Source of the DNA: Candidatus Azophilus sp.
Lineage (GTDB): Bacteria > Pseudomonadota > Gammaproteobacteria > Pseudomonadales > Azotimanducaceae
Direction of reading: 5' to 3'
Length of the DNA stretch: 64,000 nt
Assembly: GCA_965220425.1 (NCBI GenBank)
Contig: OZ244830.1
Coordinates: 2,488,468-2,552,467, forward strand
Shown piece after piece: positions 43,809 to 53,857 of this stretch; position 1 is the stretch's first letter, and each line of letters begins with the position of its first letter. The translations under genes were made by a program, and so were the position numbers. The notes beneath the pieces are model-generated. The model searched no databases and was not told the origin of the DNA. It saw nothing but the letters and a program-made list of their open reading frames with translations.

Positions 43809-45194
43809 TTAGCTTAGGGTGCGCAACGTACCAAACCGGTGCAACACATCGGCCCGGTCGATCGCCTGGATGACGAGTTCGGGCAGCAGCACCTGGGGCA
43901 GCACCGCGGCGTCTTCCACCGAGGCGCCCTTCGGGAAGTAGAGGTAGAGCGGGACGCCGGCCCGGCCATAGCGCTGGAGCCAGTCGGTGATGACCGGGTC
44001 TTCATTGGTCCAGTCACCGACCAGGACCTTGATGCCCCGTTCCGCGAACGCCTCACCGACCTTCTCGGTTGACAGGGCGACCCGCTCGTTCACCTTGCAG
44101 TTCACGCACCAGTCGGCGGTGAAGTAAACGAACAACGGCTGCTGCGATTCGATGTAGCCGATCAGGCGGTCGGGCGTGAATCGCTCCAGTTGCAAAAGGC
44201 CCAGGGTTCCGGCATGGCTGTCGGCGTCGGCGGCGCCCGCCGCTTGCGGAGTTGTGTCCGGTTGCGGGCGCTCGACGGTTGCGCCGACGGCGAGGGACGC
44301 AACCAGTGCGGCCGCCGCCATCGCCCGCCAACGCCAGGGCCGGTGCGCACTTGCCGACCGTCCGTAAGTCCACAACGCGAAACCGAAGCAGAGCGCCGCG
44401 GCAAGCGCCATCGCCATGGCGTTCACGCCGGCTTGCTTGCCGATGATCCAGAACAGCCAGATCCCCGTTGCGAACATCGGAAACGCCAGCACGTTGCGAA
44501 ACGCGGTCATCCAGGGACCAGGCCTGGGCAGCAGGCGCCCGAACGCCGGAACGAGGCCGATCAGCAGATAGGGAGCGGCAAGACCGGCGCCCAGCGCCAG
44601 GAATATCGCCAGCGCGACAACCGCGGGTTGTACGAGTGCATAGCCGAGAGCACCGGCCATGAATGGCGCGGTGCAGGGGGTTGCCACCACAACGGCCAGG
44701 AGACCTGTGAAGAATGCCGCCTTGCGCTCGCCGCCGGCGGTGAGCGCCTGCCCGGACCCCGCGATCCGCGCGCCGACCTCGAACACGCCCAGGAGATTGA
44801 GCCCGATGGCCAGCATGAGCAGCCCAAGAACCAGATTGAATGCGGGATTCTGCAATTGAAATCCCCAACCGGCAGCGTACCCGGCAGCCCGCAACCCCAA
44901 GAGAGCGCTTCCCGCCACGGCGAACGCGACCAGGACGCCGGCGGTGTAGAGAGCGCCGCTCTGCCGCGCCACGCTCCGGTCTTCCCGCGGCATTTCAACG
45001 ATCGACAGTGCCTTGATGCCGAGCACCGGAAACACGCACGGCATCAGGTTCAGAATCAGGCCGCCGACAAAGGCGAACAGCAACGCGGTACCGCCGGCCA
45101 TCGCATCGGGCGTGGGCGGCGTGGCGGCCAGCGCGCCGGCAGGAGCGAGCGCGAATCCCGTAGCCAGATTGCCGGCTATCGCCAAGGTCGGCAT
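43809..45194 (-). CDS. DsbD-family thiol:disulfide reductase lacking the N-terminal alpha domain (CcdA-like membrane core plus C-terminal thioredoxin)
   Basis: Motifs: LNLMPCVFPVL and VVATPCTAPFM (the two membrane Cys), and C-terminal FTADWCVNCKVNE. The start is ATG 45194, 4 nt after the SCO stop. Confidence 0.85.
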   Translation of the reverse strand: MPTLAIAGNLATGFALAPAGALAATPPTPDAMAGGTALLFAFVGGLILNLMPCVFPVLGIKALSIVEMPREDRSVARQSGALYTAGVLVAFAVAGSALLGLRAAGYAAGWGFQLQNPAFNLVLGLLMLAIGLNLLGVFEVGARIAGSGQALTAGGERKAAFFTGLLAVVVATPCTAPFMAGALGYALVQPAVVALAIFLALGAGLAAPYLLIGLVPAFGRLLPRPGPWMTAFRNVLAFPMFATGIWLFWIIGKQAGVNAMAMALAAALCFGFALWTYGRSASAHRPWRWRAMAAAALVASLAVGATVERPQPDTTPQAAGAADADSHAGTLGLLQLERFTPDRLIGYIESQQPLFVYFTADWCVNCKVNERVALSTEKVGEAFAERGIKVLVGDWTNEDPVITDWLQRYGRAGVPLYLYFPKGASVEDAAVLPQVLLPELVIQAIDRADVLHRFGTLRTLS

Positions 45195-45198
45195 CGCG

Positions 45199-45819
45199 TC
45201 ATCCGAGTGCTTTGCGCACCTGAGCCGCGATGGCTTCGGCATCGTCGGACCCGGCCACGTATCCGACGATGCGGCTTTGCGGATCGACGATGTAGACCGT
45301 CGTGGCATGAACGACTTGGTAGTCCCCGGTTCCGGCCGGCAGGGCCGTTGGCGGGGCCGTTGGCGGGGCCGAATGCAGATAAGCCTTGAACGATGCCGCC
45401 GCCTCCGTGAGCGCCGTTCGCGGGCCCGTCAGACCGACGAAACGACGATCGAATCGGGTCAGGAAGCGGGCGACCTGCATTGGCGTGTCACGCTCCGGGT
45501 CGACCGAGACGAAGACCGGCGTGACCTCGCCGGCATGCCCCGACCGGTCGAGCTTCGTCATCGCGGCGGTGAGCTTGCTCATCTGGGTGGGGCAGATCTG
45601 CGCGCAATGGGTGAACCCGAAGAACACCAGCAGATGGCGTCCGGCAAGATCGTTCTGGGAAACCGTGGCGCCCGACTGGTCCGTCAGGGTGAAGGCGACG
45701 CGTACGGTCGACTCGGCGGGGCGAACGTAGGCGACCAGAATGGCAATGGCGCCGGCTGTCGCAACTGCCGCCGCTACCGCCAGCAGTACGGTTCCGATAC
45801 GGGGGGTTGGGTTTGTCAC
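45199..45819 (-). CDS. SCO1/SenC copper chaperone family protein
   Basis: FFGFTHCAQICPT (CxxxC) and a distal His. GTG 45819 gives a TM-anchored N-terminus. The longest ORF start (45906) would leave only 2 nt before the divergent gene. Confidence 0.8.
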   Translation of the reverse strand: MTNPTPRIGTVLLAVAAAVATAGAIAILVAYVRPAESTVRVAFTLTDQSGATVSQNDLAGRHLLVFFGFTHCAQICPTQMSKLTAAMTKLDRSGHAGEVTPVFVSVDPERDTPMQVARFLTRFDRRFVGLTGPRTALTEAAASFKAYLHSAPPTAPPTALPAGTGDYQVVHATTVYIVDPQSRIVGYVAGSDDAEAIAAQVRKALG

Positions 45820-45908
45820 AGCGCTAATCGTCGTTGAGTTTGCGTTCTTGCGCAACTCGTCTATACACTCGATTGAACGAGTGGCTGGATTGGCGCGGGA
45901 GGTCATTC

Positions 45909-46841
45909 ATGGCACTGCACAGGTTACAGGAACTGTCGATCGGCGCGCCGGATCCGGATCGCCTCGACGACTTCTACCGGGAAATCGGCCTGATCGGCGG
46001 CAATCGCAGTTGGGGAACCAGCGGCCGGCCGGACCAGATCAGCATCGCCGAGGCGCCCTACCGGCAACTGCGCTCGTTGCGGATGCTGTGCGAGGACGAG
46101 GCCGATCTCGCCGCTGCCGCCGGCCGGCTCGACGGCATCGGCGCGTCGTACCGACTCGCAGACGGCCGGTTGACGGTAACCGACCCGGTCAACCAGTGGA
46201 CCTACATCGTCGAGCCCGGCGAAGTTGCGGACGTCGCGGAGCAGCCCAAGCGTGTCATGAATTTCCCCGGCGAGCGCAACCGGCTCGGGGAGCGCGCCGA
46301 AGCGATTACGGAGGAAGCCCCGAGGGTGCCGCGACGCCTGGGGCACGTGGTTGTCGGTTCCACCGAACCGCAGCAAACCGCCGAACTCTGCAAGGCCATC
46401 GGCTTCCGTGTCTCCGACATCGTCGGCGGCGGTCGGGCAACCTTCCTGCGCTGCTCCCGGGACCATCACAATCTCCTGGTCACGCCGGCCCCGGTTCCCT
46501 ATCTGAACCACTATGCGCTCGAGCACGACGATTTCGACTCCGTGTTCCGCGCCGCCACCCGCTACCTGCTGGAGAACGGCCAGGACCGGCAGATCGCCGG
46601 GCCCGGCCGGCACCATATCGGCGGCAACATCTTCTGGTACCTGTGCGATCCGAGCGGGACATTCTTCGAGTTCTTCGCGGACATGGACCAGATAGCCGAT
46701 GACGCGGCCTGGACCATCCGCGAGGATTGGGACCTCACGGATTCCTGGTCGATCTGGGGCGAGAAGCAGCAGCCCGAAGTCTTCTTCAGGCCTCTGGACA
46801 TGGATGCCGTAATCGAGGGGTGGACCCGCGCGCACGGCTGA
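45909..46841 (+). CDS. two-domain VOC-superfamily extradiol dioxygenase-like protein
   Basis: It has two glyoxalase/VOC modules (RLGHVVVGS..., HHNLLV, NHYALEHDD, GPGRHHIGGNIFWYLCDPSGTFFEFFADMD). Confidence 0.8.
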   Translation: MALHRLQELSIGAPDPDRLDDFYREIGLIGGNRSWGTSGRPDQISIAEAPYRQLRSLRMLCEDEADLAAAAGRLDGIGASYRLADGRLTVTDPVNQWTYIVEPGEVADVAEQPKRVMNFPGERNRLGERAEAITEEAPRVPRRLGHVVVGSTEPQQTAELCKAIGFRVSDIVGGGRATFLRCSRDHHNLLVTPAPVPYLNHYALEHDDFDSVFRAATRYLLENGQDRQIAGPGRHHIGGNIFWYLCDPSGTFFEFFADMDQIADDAAWTIREDWDLTDSWSIWGEKQQPEVFFRPLDMDAVIEGWTRAHG

Positions 46842-46892
46842 TGACTCGATCGATCGAAGAATTGTCGGCGCCGACGGGCCATACCGGGCCGC

Positions 46893-47771
46893 CTATTCGA
46901 TCATGCACTCAGCCCGTTCCTGGACTACTCGCCCTTCGAGATGGCCGAGCTTCTCGATCTCGATCCGAACCAGATCGCCTGCTTTCAGGAATTGCGGCGG
47001 TTGCATGGCGGCGCCCACGCCGGCCGGCGTGCCCATGAAGAGAATGTCGCCGGCATCGAGCACGAACGCCTGGGTCAAGTGGGCGACGGCATCGAAGCAG
47101 TCGTAAATGAGGTGCCTGGTGTTGGATTGCTGCCGGACCTCGCCGTTTACCAGGGTGCGGATATTCAGGTTGTGCGGGTCGCCCACTTCGTCCGGCGTCA
47201 CCAGGTACGGACCCGTTGGGCCATGGGTGTCGAAGGACTTGCCGATCTGCATCGTACGGGCGGCCATCTGCCAGTCGCGCACGCTCACGTCGTTGCCGCA
47301 GCAGTAGCCGGCGATCACTTCGTGTGCCCGTTCCCGAGGCACGTGCTTGCAGCGCTTGCCGATGATTACGCACAACTCCGCCTCGTAATCCAGTTTGTCG
47401 GAGACGGACGGCAGGTTGATGTCGGCATAGGGCCCGTTCACGCAGTTGTGCTGCTTGTTGAACCAGACCTGGGTGTCCGGTTTCGGCATGCCGCTCTCGG
47501 CGATATGGTCGGCGTAGTTGAGGCCGATGGCCAGGATCTTGCCGGGATTGGGCACCGGGGGATGCAGTTCGACCCTGTCGAAGTCGACAGTCTCGCCGGC
47601 TTTGCCAACGGCCGCCCCGACCCGCTGGTTGGCGGCCTGTCCGCCGGACAGGTAGGCCTGCATGGAGTCCGGCGTGCCCGAAACCGAACTCAGGTCGACG
47701 ACGCCACTGTCGCTCACTACACCGAGGCGGGGGCTGGGATGGTCGGCGGTCGAGAAAGTGGCGAGTTTCAT
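46893..47771 (-). CDS. fumarylacetoacetate hydrolase (FAH) family protein
   Basis: Motifs: ILAIGLNYADH, DYEAELCVIIG, GDILFMGTPAGVG. Confidence 0.9.
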   Translation of the reverse strand: MKLATFSTADHPSPRLGVVSDSGVVDLSSVSGTPDSMQAYLSGGQAANQRVGAAVGKAGETVDFDRVELHPPVPNPGKILAIGLNYADHIAESGMPKPDTQVWFNKQHNCVNGPYADINLPSVSDKLDYEAELCVIIGKRCKHVPRERAHEVIAGYCCGNDVSVRDWQMAARTMQIGKSFDTHGPTGPYLVTPDEVGDPHNLNIRTLVNGEVRQQSNTRHLIYDCFDAVAHLTQAFVLDAGDILFMGTPAGVGAAMQPPQFLKAGDLVRIEIEKLGHLEGRVVQERAECMIE

Positions 47772-47792
47772 GATCTGGATATCTCCGTGTGG

Positions 47793-48139
47793 TTATTCGA
47801 GGGGGAAGCCGAACCGTTCGGCGGGGTTGTCCACCAGAATGCGTTGCCGGTCGGCGGGGTCCGGAGCCCAGTCTAACAGCAGATCCAGCAGATCGGCATC
47901 GTTGGGCATGGGCTACCGGCCGTGTTCGTGCAGCCGGTGTACCGGGCGCCGATCGATATCCGGCGAGCGCAGGAAGGAGAAACGATTGGCGACGACCCCG
48001 TGGGCGGACAGGTTCTCGATCATGGCTGTACTCGCGATTTGTCGAACGGGAGCGTAGGGAAGATCATGGGAGTTTGCGACTTGGATTGGGGGAACTGCAT
48101 GCGGTCGACGATTCCGGCACTGCTCGCACGTACCGTCAT
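47793..48139 (-). pseudogene. collapsed amidohydrolase-2-like gene (three short frames separated by stops)
   Basis: The C-terminal piece MPNDADLLDLLLDWAPDPADRQRILVDNPAERFGFPLE* is a typical amidohydrolase tail. Upstream pieces are MIENLSAHGVV... and MTVRASSAGIVDRMQFP... (a degenerate IDxHxH position). Total length is about half that of a normal gene. Confidence 0.35.
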
Positions 48140-48206
48140 GTCAGGTTCCCCGCGCAGCTCCCGAGCCGGGTGGAGTCACTGGCTGTCAACGGCCGGCGTT
48201 TGTTGA

Positions 48207-50615
48207 GTGGTTCCCCTGAAAATCGTTGAGCGGTGTTGTCCGTGGGCGGTGCTCCTGGGCGTCGCATCGGCTTTTGCGGAAACGGAGGAAGCTCCGCTCA
48301 AGCCGCTGCGGCTCGAGCACGGCCAGGCGAACGTAACGGTGGATGGCCGCCTGACGGAAGCGGTCTGGTCAAAGGTGGCGGGAACCGAGGATTTCCGCGT
48401 CGTCATTCCCGACAGCCTGGCCCGGCCGCGTTACCGGACGCGATTCAAGGTCTTCTATACGGAACGCGGGCTGTACCTCGGATGGGACATGGAGCAGCCC
48501 GCCGAAACCCTGGTGCGCCGGTACTCCTCCAGGGATTACGACCGGTTGATACGGGATACGGTGGGTTTCATGTTCGATGCCTCGGGGGAGGGCGAATACG
48601 GTTACTGGGGCGAACTGGCGTTGGGCGGCGCGCAGACCGACGGCACGGTCCTGCGCGAACGCCAGTTCAGCACCGATTGGGACGGCGCCTGGCTCGGCGC
48701 GACGGCGGTGACCGGGAGTGGCTGGTCGGCGGAGGTGTTCTTTCCCTGGTCGCAGATGGCGATGCCGCACGCCGGCGATGAGCGCCGCTTCGGTATATTC
48801 GCCTCGCGCCAGTTCGCGACCGCGGGAGAGCGCTGGGGCTATCCGCCCATCCCCCCGACCCAAGCCCGGTTTCTGAGTGTCTTGCAGCCCGCCGAACTCA
48901 AAGCGGTAAACCCGCGACAGCAGTGGAGCGCTTTCCCCTATGCCTCGGTCACGGTCGACGAGGTCGAAGACGATACCTCCTACAAGGGCGGCATGGACCT
49001 GTTCTGGCGGCCGTCGACCAACTTCCAGGTCACGGCGACGGTGAACCCGGACTTCGGCAACGTCGAATCCGACCAGGTTATCGTCAACCTGACCGCCTTC
49101 GAGACCTTCTTTCCGGAAAAGCGCCTGTTCTTCCAGGAGGGACAGGATGTCTTTACGACCAGCCCGCGGGCGGATGCGCCGTTCCGCTACCGCGGCGGCG
49201 ATGTGCCGACCGCCGTGATCAATACCCGCCGCATCGGCGGCCGGCCCCGGGTACCCGATACACCCGATGACATCGATGTGCCCGACCGGGAACTCGGGCA
49301 ACCGACCGGGTTGCTCGGCGCCCTCAAGGCCACCGGGGAATTCGGTTCGTTCCGTTACGGGGTGCTCGGAGCCATGGAGGACGATGTGAAATTCGATGCG
49401 GGCAACCGCAACCTGCATCAGGACGGCAGCGACTACGGCGCCGTCCGCCTGCTCTACGACCGCACGGCGGACAACGGCGTGTATCGGGGTCTCGGAATGA
49501 TTTCCACGGCGGTCGTCCACCCGGCGCGGGAGGCGTACGTGCATGGCCTGGACTTGCATTATCAGTCTGCCGGGGGCCGTTGGGCGGTGGATGGACAGTT
49601 GTTGCATTCCGATATCGCCGACGACGACCCCGACGTACCGCAAGGCAAGGGTTACGGCGGCTTCATCGATACGGTGTACTCACCGCGAAGGGGGATCCGC
49701 TACAAGTTGGCATTGCACAGCTACGACGACACACTCGATATCAACGATCTGGGCTTCCTCGAGCGTAATGACGCCACCCGGATGGAATCGCGGATGGACT
49801 GGCGCGGGACGGGTATTCCCTGGGTGCGGGATTTCGCCTTCCGGTCCTACATGCGCCAGGAACTGAACGGAGACGGCCGGCTTACGCAGTCGGGTATCGG
49901 CGCCTTCCAGGCGTTCACGCTGCACAACCTCGACGAGGTGACCCTGGGACTGGCCTGGTTCCCGGAGCGCTACGAGGACCGAAACAGTTTCGGCAACGGG
50001 ACCTATCGCATCGAAGAACGGGAGAACTTCAGTATCGACTATGTGACGGATTCGTCGAAGGCCCTTTCGCTGGGGGCGGGTCTGGAGGCCAACGGCGAAG
50101 ACGTCGGCGGATACAATTACGGCGGCTGGTTCAGTCTGGTCTGGCGTCCCGCCGGCCGGATCAACCTGGAGGCGGATGTCTATTTTTACGAGAGCAATGG
50201 TTGGCTGCTGCACCAGGAAGAGCGCAACTTCACCACTTTCGAATCCACGGAACTGGGCACGACGCTGGCACTCGACTACTTTCCCGGCGCCAGGCGCCAT
50301 TTCCGTATTGCCCTGCAGTGGGTGGGTATAAGGGCCAGGGAAAAGGATTTCTTTCTCGTTCCGCATGAGCCGGGAGATCTGCTGCCGACCGCCAAGCCGC
50401 CCGGGCCCGCGGACGACTTCAGGGTGTCCGTGCTCAACTTCCAGGTGCGTTATCGGTGGCAGATCGCACCGCTATCCGACCTGTTCGTCGTCTATACGCG
50501 CAATGCCAGCGAGGCGCCGCCGAGGGGCGGCTTCCGGGACCTGTTCCGCGAGGCGTGGAACAAGCCGAGCGGCGATGAACTGACGGTCAAGCTCCGCTAT
50601 CGACTGGGGTCTTGA
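48207..50615 (+). CDS. CBM9-like plus DUF5916 outer-membrane-type protein
   Basis: It has a signal peptide, N-terminal VDGRLTEAVWSKV...FRV (CBM9-like), and a long beta-rich C-terminal region with alternating aromatic pattern. Confidence 0.75.
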   Translation: MVPLKIVERCCPWAVLLGVASAFAETEEAPLKPLRLEHGQANVTVDGRLTEAVWSKVAGTEDFRVVIPDSLARPRYRTRFKVFYTERGLYLGWDMEQPAETLVRRYSSRDYDRLIRDTVGFMFDASGEGEYGYWGELALGGAQTDGTVLRERQFSTDWDGAWLGATAVTGSGWSAEVFFPWSQMAMPHAGDERRFGIFASRQFATAGERWGYPPIPPTQARFLSVLQPAELKAVNPRQQWSAFPYASVTVDEVEDDTSYKGGMDLFWRPSTNFQVTATVNPDFGNVESDQVIVNLTAFETFFPEKRLFFQEGQDVFTTSPRADAPFRYRGGDVPTAVINTRRIGGRPRVPDTPDDIDVPDRELGQPTGLLGALKATGEFGSFRYGVLGAMEDDVKFDAGNRNLHQDGSDYGAVRLLYDRTADNGVYRGLGMISTAVVHPAREAYVHGLDLHYQSAGGRWAVDGQLLHSDIADDDPDVPQGKGYGGFIDTVYSPRRGIRYKLALHSYDDTLDINDLGFLERNDATRMESRMDWRGTGIPWVRDFAFRSYMRQELNGDGRLTQSGIGAFQAFTLHNLDEVTLGLAWFPERYEDRNSFGNGTYRIEERENFSIDYVTDSSKALSLGAGLEANGEDVGGYNYGGWFSLVWRPAGRINLEADVYFYESNGWLLHQEERNFTTFESTELGTTLALDYFPGARRHFRIALQWVGIRAREKDFFLVPHEPGDLLPTAKPPGPADDFRVSVLNFQVRYRWQIAPLSDLFVVYTRNASEAPPRGGFRDLFREAWNKPSGDELTVKLRYRLGS

Positions 50616-50667
50616 TACAATCCGCCGTTCAAGTCCACCTCGACCCGGCTCGCGGGCCGACCCCCAC

Positions 50668-50744
50668 GCCCCGGTGGCACAACAGGATAGCGCGGCTCCC
50701 TCCTAAGGAGCGGGTTGAAGGTTCGAGTCCTTCCCGGGGCGCCA
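50668..50744 (+). tRNA. tRNA-Arg (anticodon CCU), CCA encoded
   Basis: Hand-folded cloverleaf: acceptor GCCCCGG/CCGGGGC; anticodon arm GCTCC-CTCCTAA-GGAGC; T arm GAAGG-TTCGAGT-CCTTC; 5-nt variable loop. The D stem has one A12-C23 mismatch. Confidence 0.85.
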
Positions 50745-50775
50745 GACGCCGCCAGGCGCGCCCGCGACTCGCGAC

Positions 50776-51732
50776 TCAGTAAACCTCCAGCATGCAGCGC
50801 GCGGTAGGCTTGATGCGCCGTTTCATGTCGTTGAATCGCCAGTCGTCCGGGGGCTTGGCGGCAAGATCTTCGTGGGTGGTCACAAAGCCATGGGTGAGAC
50901 CATGGCGTGCGAGAGCCTGGAAAATCCCGAATTGCATACCCTCCAACCCGCAGATGTAGATCAGTGTCCGGGGATCTTCCAGGAGGTATCTGAACCGGTC
51001 GATTTCGCGTTCGATGAGGCCGCCGACATAGAGCCGGTCGGATTGCCGGCTGATGGCCGTGTGGTATTCGAAGTTGGGATGCGCTCGCTGCAACCTCTGA
51101 AACAGGTCTTCATAGAGCAGGTCCGTGGTGTAGGGGGTGCCCATGACCAGGGCGGTCCGGGCGCTGGTGGGGCCGCCTGGGCCTTCGAACAGTTCCATCA
51201 GCATGGCGCGGAACGGAGCAATGCCCGTGCCCGTGGCGATGAAGAGGTAGTTGTGCGCCTCGATGTCTTCCGGCAGCAGGAAGCGCTTGCCGTTGGGGCC
51301 GGTCACCGCCACCTCGTCGCCCTCCCGGATATCGCACAGGTAGTTGCTGCACACGCCGAGGAACAGCCGGTGATTGGTGGGAACCTCAGCGGGTTTCCGG
51401 GGCCGGTACTCGTCGATCAGCCGTTTCGGCGTCGTGGAAACCAGGTTGCCGCCGCCGTCTTCGCCCCAGCTCGGGCAGGCCACCGAGTAGAGTCGCACCT
51501 TGTGGGGCCTGCCGCGCTCATCGCTACCGGGAGCGATTACGCCGAAAGACTGTCCGGCCCGGAAGTTGCCGGCGAGCGGCGTGCCCGAAACGTCGAGCAC
51601 AAGATGCTTGACGTAACTGGCCGACTTGCCGTTCATGCACAGTTCATTGGAGACGACCCGACCGATTGCCGGCGCCTTGGGGCGGATCAGGTTCATCCGC
51701 ACTTCGGGCAGCGTGGGAGCGTGATCGGGCAT
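50776..51732 (-). CDS. ferredoxin--NADP(+) reductase (plant-type FNR family)
   Basis: Motifs: RLYSVAC (FAD), FIATGTGIAPFRAM (NADP), and C-terminal ...MLEVY. The start is uncertain (51732 or 51696). Confidence 0.85.
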   Translation of the reverse strand: MPDHAPTLPEVRMNLIRPKAPAIGRVVSNELCMNGKSASYVKHLVLDVSGTPLAGNFRAGQSFGVIAPGSDERGRPHKVRLYSVACPSWGEDGGGNLVSTTPKRLIDEYRPRKPAEVPTNHRLFLGVCSNYLCDIREGDEVAVTGPNGKRFLLPEDIEAHNYLFIATGTGIAPFRAMLMELFEGPGGPTSARTALVMGTPYTTDLLYEDLFQRLQRAHPNFEYHTAISRQSDRLYVGGLIEREIDRFRYLLEDPRTLIYICGLEGMQFGIFQALARHGLTHGFVTTHEDLAAKPPDDWRFNDMKRRIKPTARCMLEVY

Positions 51733-51900
51733 GGCGGCGGGGATGATGTCTCCTGCCGGCCTTCCACGCAACCGTGAGGGAGCCCGAGTGAGCGTGACGG
51801 GTCGAACGTACACTGCTCGCGCTTTGTATCGAGGTGTGTCGGTCGGCGAGAAATGGTTCCACCGGAAGTGGCAGAATGGAACTTCCGGGGGTCAACTTCA

Positions 51901-53439
51901 ATGGATGTGAAAAGTCGAATGAGCAGTGCTTTTGAGTCGAATCGGGTCAAAGTCAGCCGTTACCTGGAGCGGTTTGGGGGTTGCACGCTTGGACACTTCA
52001 TTGACGGTGTTGGCGTTGCCGGCGCGTCGGGCGAGGCGTTCGACAACACCACGCCCATCGACAACTCCGCGATCAACAGTGTAGCCGCGGGGAGTGCCGA
52101 GGATGTTGACCGCGCGGTGCTGTCGGCGCGAGCCGCCTTCCCGGGCTGGCGGGACACTACCGGAACCCGACGCCGGGGTCTGCTCCACACCATTGCCGAT
52201 GCCATCGAGGCGCGGGCGGAAGAAATCGCGCTGGTCGAATCCTGCGATACCGGCCAGCCGCTTCGATTCATGAGCAAGGCCGCCGTTCGCGGCGCCGAGA
52301 ACTTCCGGTTCTTTGCCGACCGGGCTCCGGAAGCGGCCAACGGCCTGTCGTTACCGGCGAAAGACCATCTGAACTACACGATGCGGCAGCCAATCGGGCC
52401 GGTGGGCGTCATTACGCCTTGGAACACACCGTTCATGCTGTCGACCTGGAAGATCGCGCCGGCGCTGGCCGCCGGTTGCACGGTAGTGCACAAGCCGGCG
52501 GAGTGGAGCCCCCTCACCGCGCGGCTCCTGGTCGAAATCTGTCACGAGGCCGGGTTGCCTGCGGGTGTATTCAACTCGGTACAGGGCATCGGCGAGACGG
52601 CGGGCAAGGCATTGACCGAACATCCGGACATCAAGGCGGTCGCCTTCGTCGGCGAGTCGCACACGGGGAGCCTGATCATGCGGCAGGGCGCGATGACCCT
52701 GAAACGCGTGCATTTCGAACTCGGGGGCAAGAACCCGGTGATCGTGTTCGATGACGCCGACCTCGACCGGGCCCTCGATGCGGTTACCTTCATGATCTAC
52801 AGTCTGAACGGCGAGCGCTGCACTTCATCGAGCCGGCTGCTGGTGCACGAGGCGATCTACGATGAATTCACGGAACGCGTCGCGGATCGTGCCCGCCGCG
52901 TCCGGGTAGGGCACCCGCTCGACCCGGCCACCGAGTTGGGGCCGCTCATCCACCCGCGGCATCTGCACAAGGTGCTCGGCTACTTCGATGTGGCGCGGGA
53001 GGAGGGCGCGGCCGTGACGGCGGGAGGCGGTCGTCCCGGCGGATTCACCGAGGGCAACTTCGTTCTGCCGACCCTCTTTACCGGTGCGAACAGCGGGATG
53101 CGCATCGCTCGCGAGGAGATTTTCGGGCCGGTACTCACCGCCATTTCCTTCCGCGACGAAGCGGAGGCGGTCGCAGTCGCCAACGATGTAGCCTATGGGC
53201 TCGCCGCTTACGCCTGGACCGGGGATCTTGGCCGCGCGCACCGGTTGGGGCGCGACCTGGAAGCGGGGATGATCTGGGTGAACTCCGAGAACAACCGCCA
53301 CCTGCCGGCGCCTTTCGGTGGCATGAAGTCGAGCGGCATCGGTCGTGACGGCGGCGACTTCAGCTTCGATTTCTACATGGAAACCAAGAACGTCTGCATC
53401 GCCTACGATACGCACAGGGTCCCGAGTCTCGGCAAGTGA
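51901..53439 (+). CDS. NAD-dependent aldehyde dehydrogenase (hydroxymuconic-semialdehyde dehydrogenase-like)
   Basis: Motifs: FELGGKNP, GERCTSSSRLLV, and GGMKSSGIGRDGG at the C-terminus. Confidence 0.9.
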   Translation: MDVKSRMSSAFESNRVKVSRYLERFGGCTLGHFIDGVGVAGASGEAFDNTTPIDNSAINSVAAGSAEDVDRAVLSARAAFPGWRDTTGTRRRGLLHTIADAIEARAEEIALVESCDTGQPLRFMSKAAVRGAENFRFFADRAPEAANGLSLPAKDHLNYTMRQPIGPVGVITPWNTPFMLSTWKIAPALAAGCTVVHKPAEWSPLTARLLVEICHEAGLPAGVFNSVQGIGETAGKALTEHPDIKAVAFVGESHTGSLIMRQGAMTLKRVHFELGGKNPVIVFDDADLDRALDAVTFMIYSLNGERCTSSSRLLVHEAIYDEFTERVADRARRVRVGHPLDPATELGPLIHPRHLHKVLGYFDVAREEGAAVTAGGGRPGGFTEGNFVLPTLFTGANSGMRIAREEIFGPVLTAISFRDEAEAVAVANDVAYGLAAYAWTGDLGRAHRLGRDLEAGMIWVNSENNRHLPAPFGGMKSSGIGRDGGDFSFDFYMETKNVCIAYDTHRVPSLGK

Positions 53440-53750
53440 GCCTGTACTACGTTCAGAAGCTCCTGTACCGGTTGAACCGGGATCCGCATACCCGGGCACG
53501 GTTCGAGGGGGATTTCGAGGCGCTCCTTGGCGACTTCGAACTCACGGACGAAGAGCAGGCCGCATTGCGTGCACCGGACATCGGCCTGCTCTACGTCATG
53601 GGCGTCAACGGCCAGATCCTCATGCACTATGCGGCGCTCCGGGGATTCGAATGGGACACCTACATACAAGCCATGCGCGACGGACTGGAGGCGCATGGGC
53701 CGGTACGCTCGGGCCTCTATCTCACCACCGACGGCAAGGGAGCGGTGTGA
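53436..53750 (+). CDS. LigA-type small subunit of a class III extradiol dioxygenase
   Basis: 104 aa with the pattern YYVQKLLYRLNRDPHTRARFEGDFEALLGDFELTDEEQAALRAPD. The GTG overlaps the dehydrogenase stop (GTGA). Confidence 0.8.
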   Translation: MSLYYVQKLLYRLNRDPHTRARFEGDFEALLGDFELTDEEQAALRAPDIGLLYVMGVNGQILMHYAALRGFEWDTYIQAMRDGLEAHGPVRSGLYLTTDGKGAV

Positions 53751-53857
53751 TGTCGCATGCCGTCGACGCAAAGGCGGCCGGACACCCGGGCGTCGGGCAT
53801 GGTTGTAGCCGCCGGCGCCCCCGGAGCCGGGGAAGCGGGGATCGGGAGGCGAATTAG

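Noticed and set aside
50745-51900. Genomic island or integrase next to the tRNA-Arg gene.
   Set aside because: The flanking genes (FNR, aldehyde dehydrogenase) have core-like GC. I found no integrase and no repeat of the tRNA 3' end.
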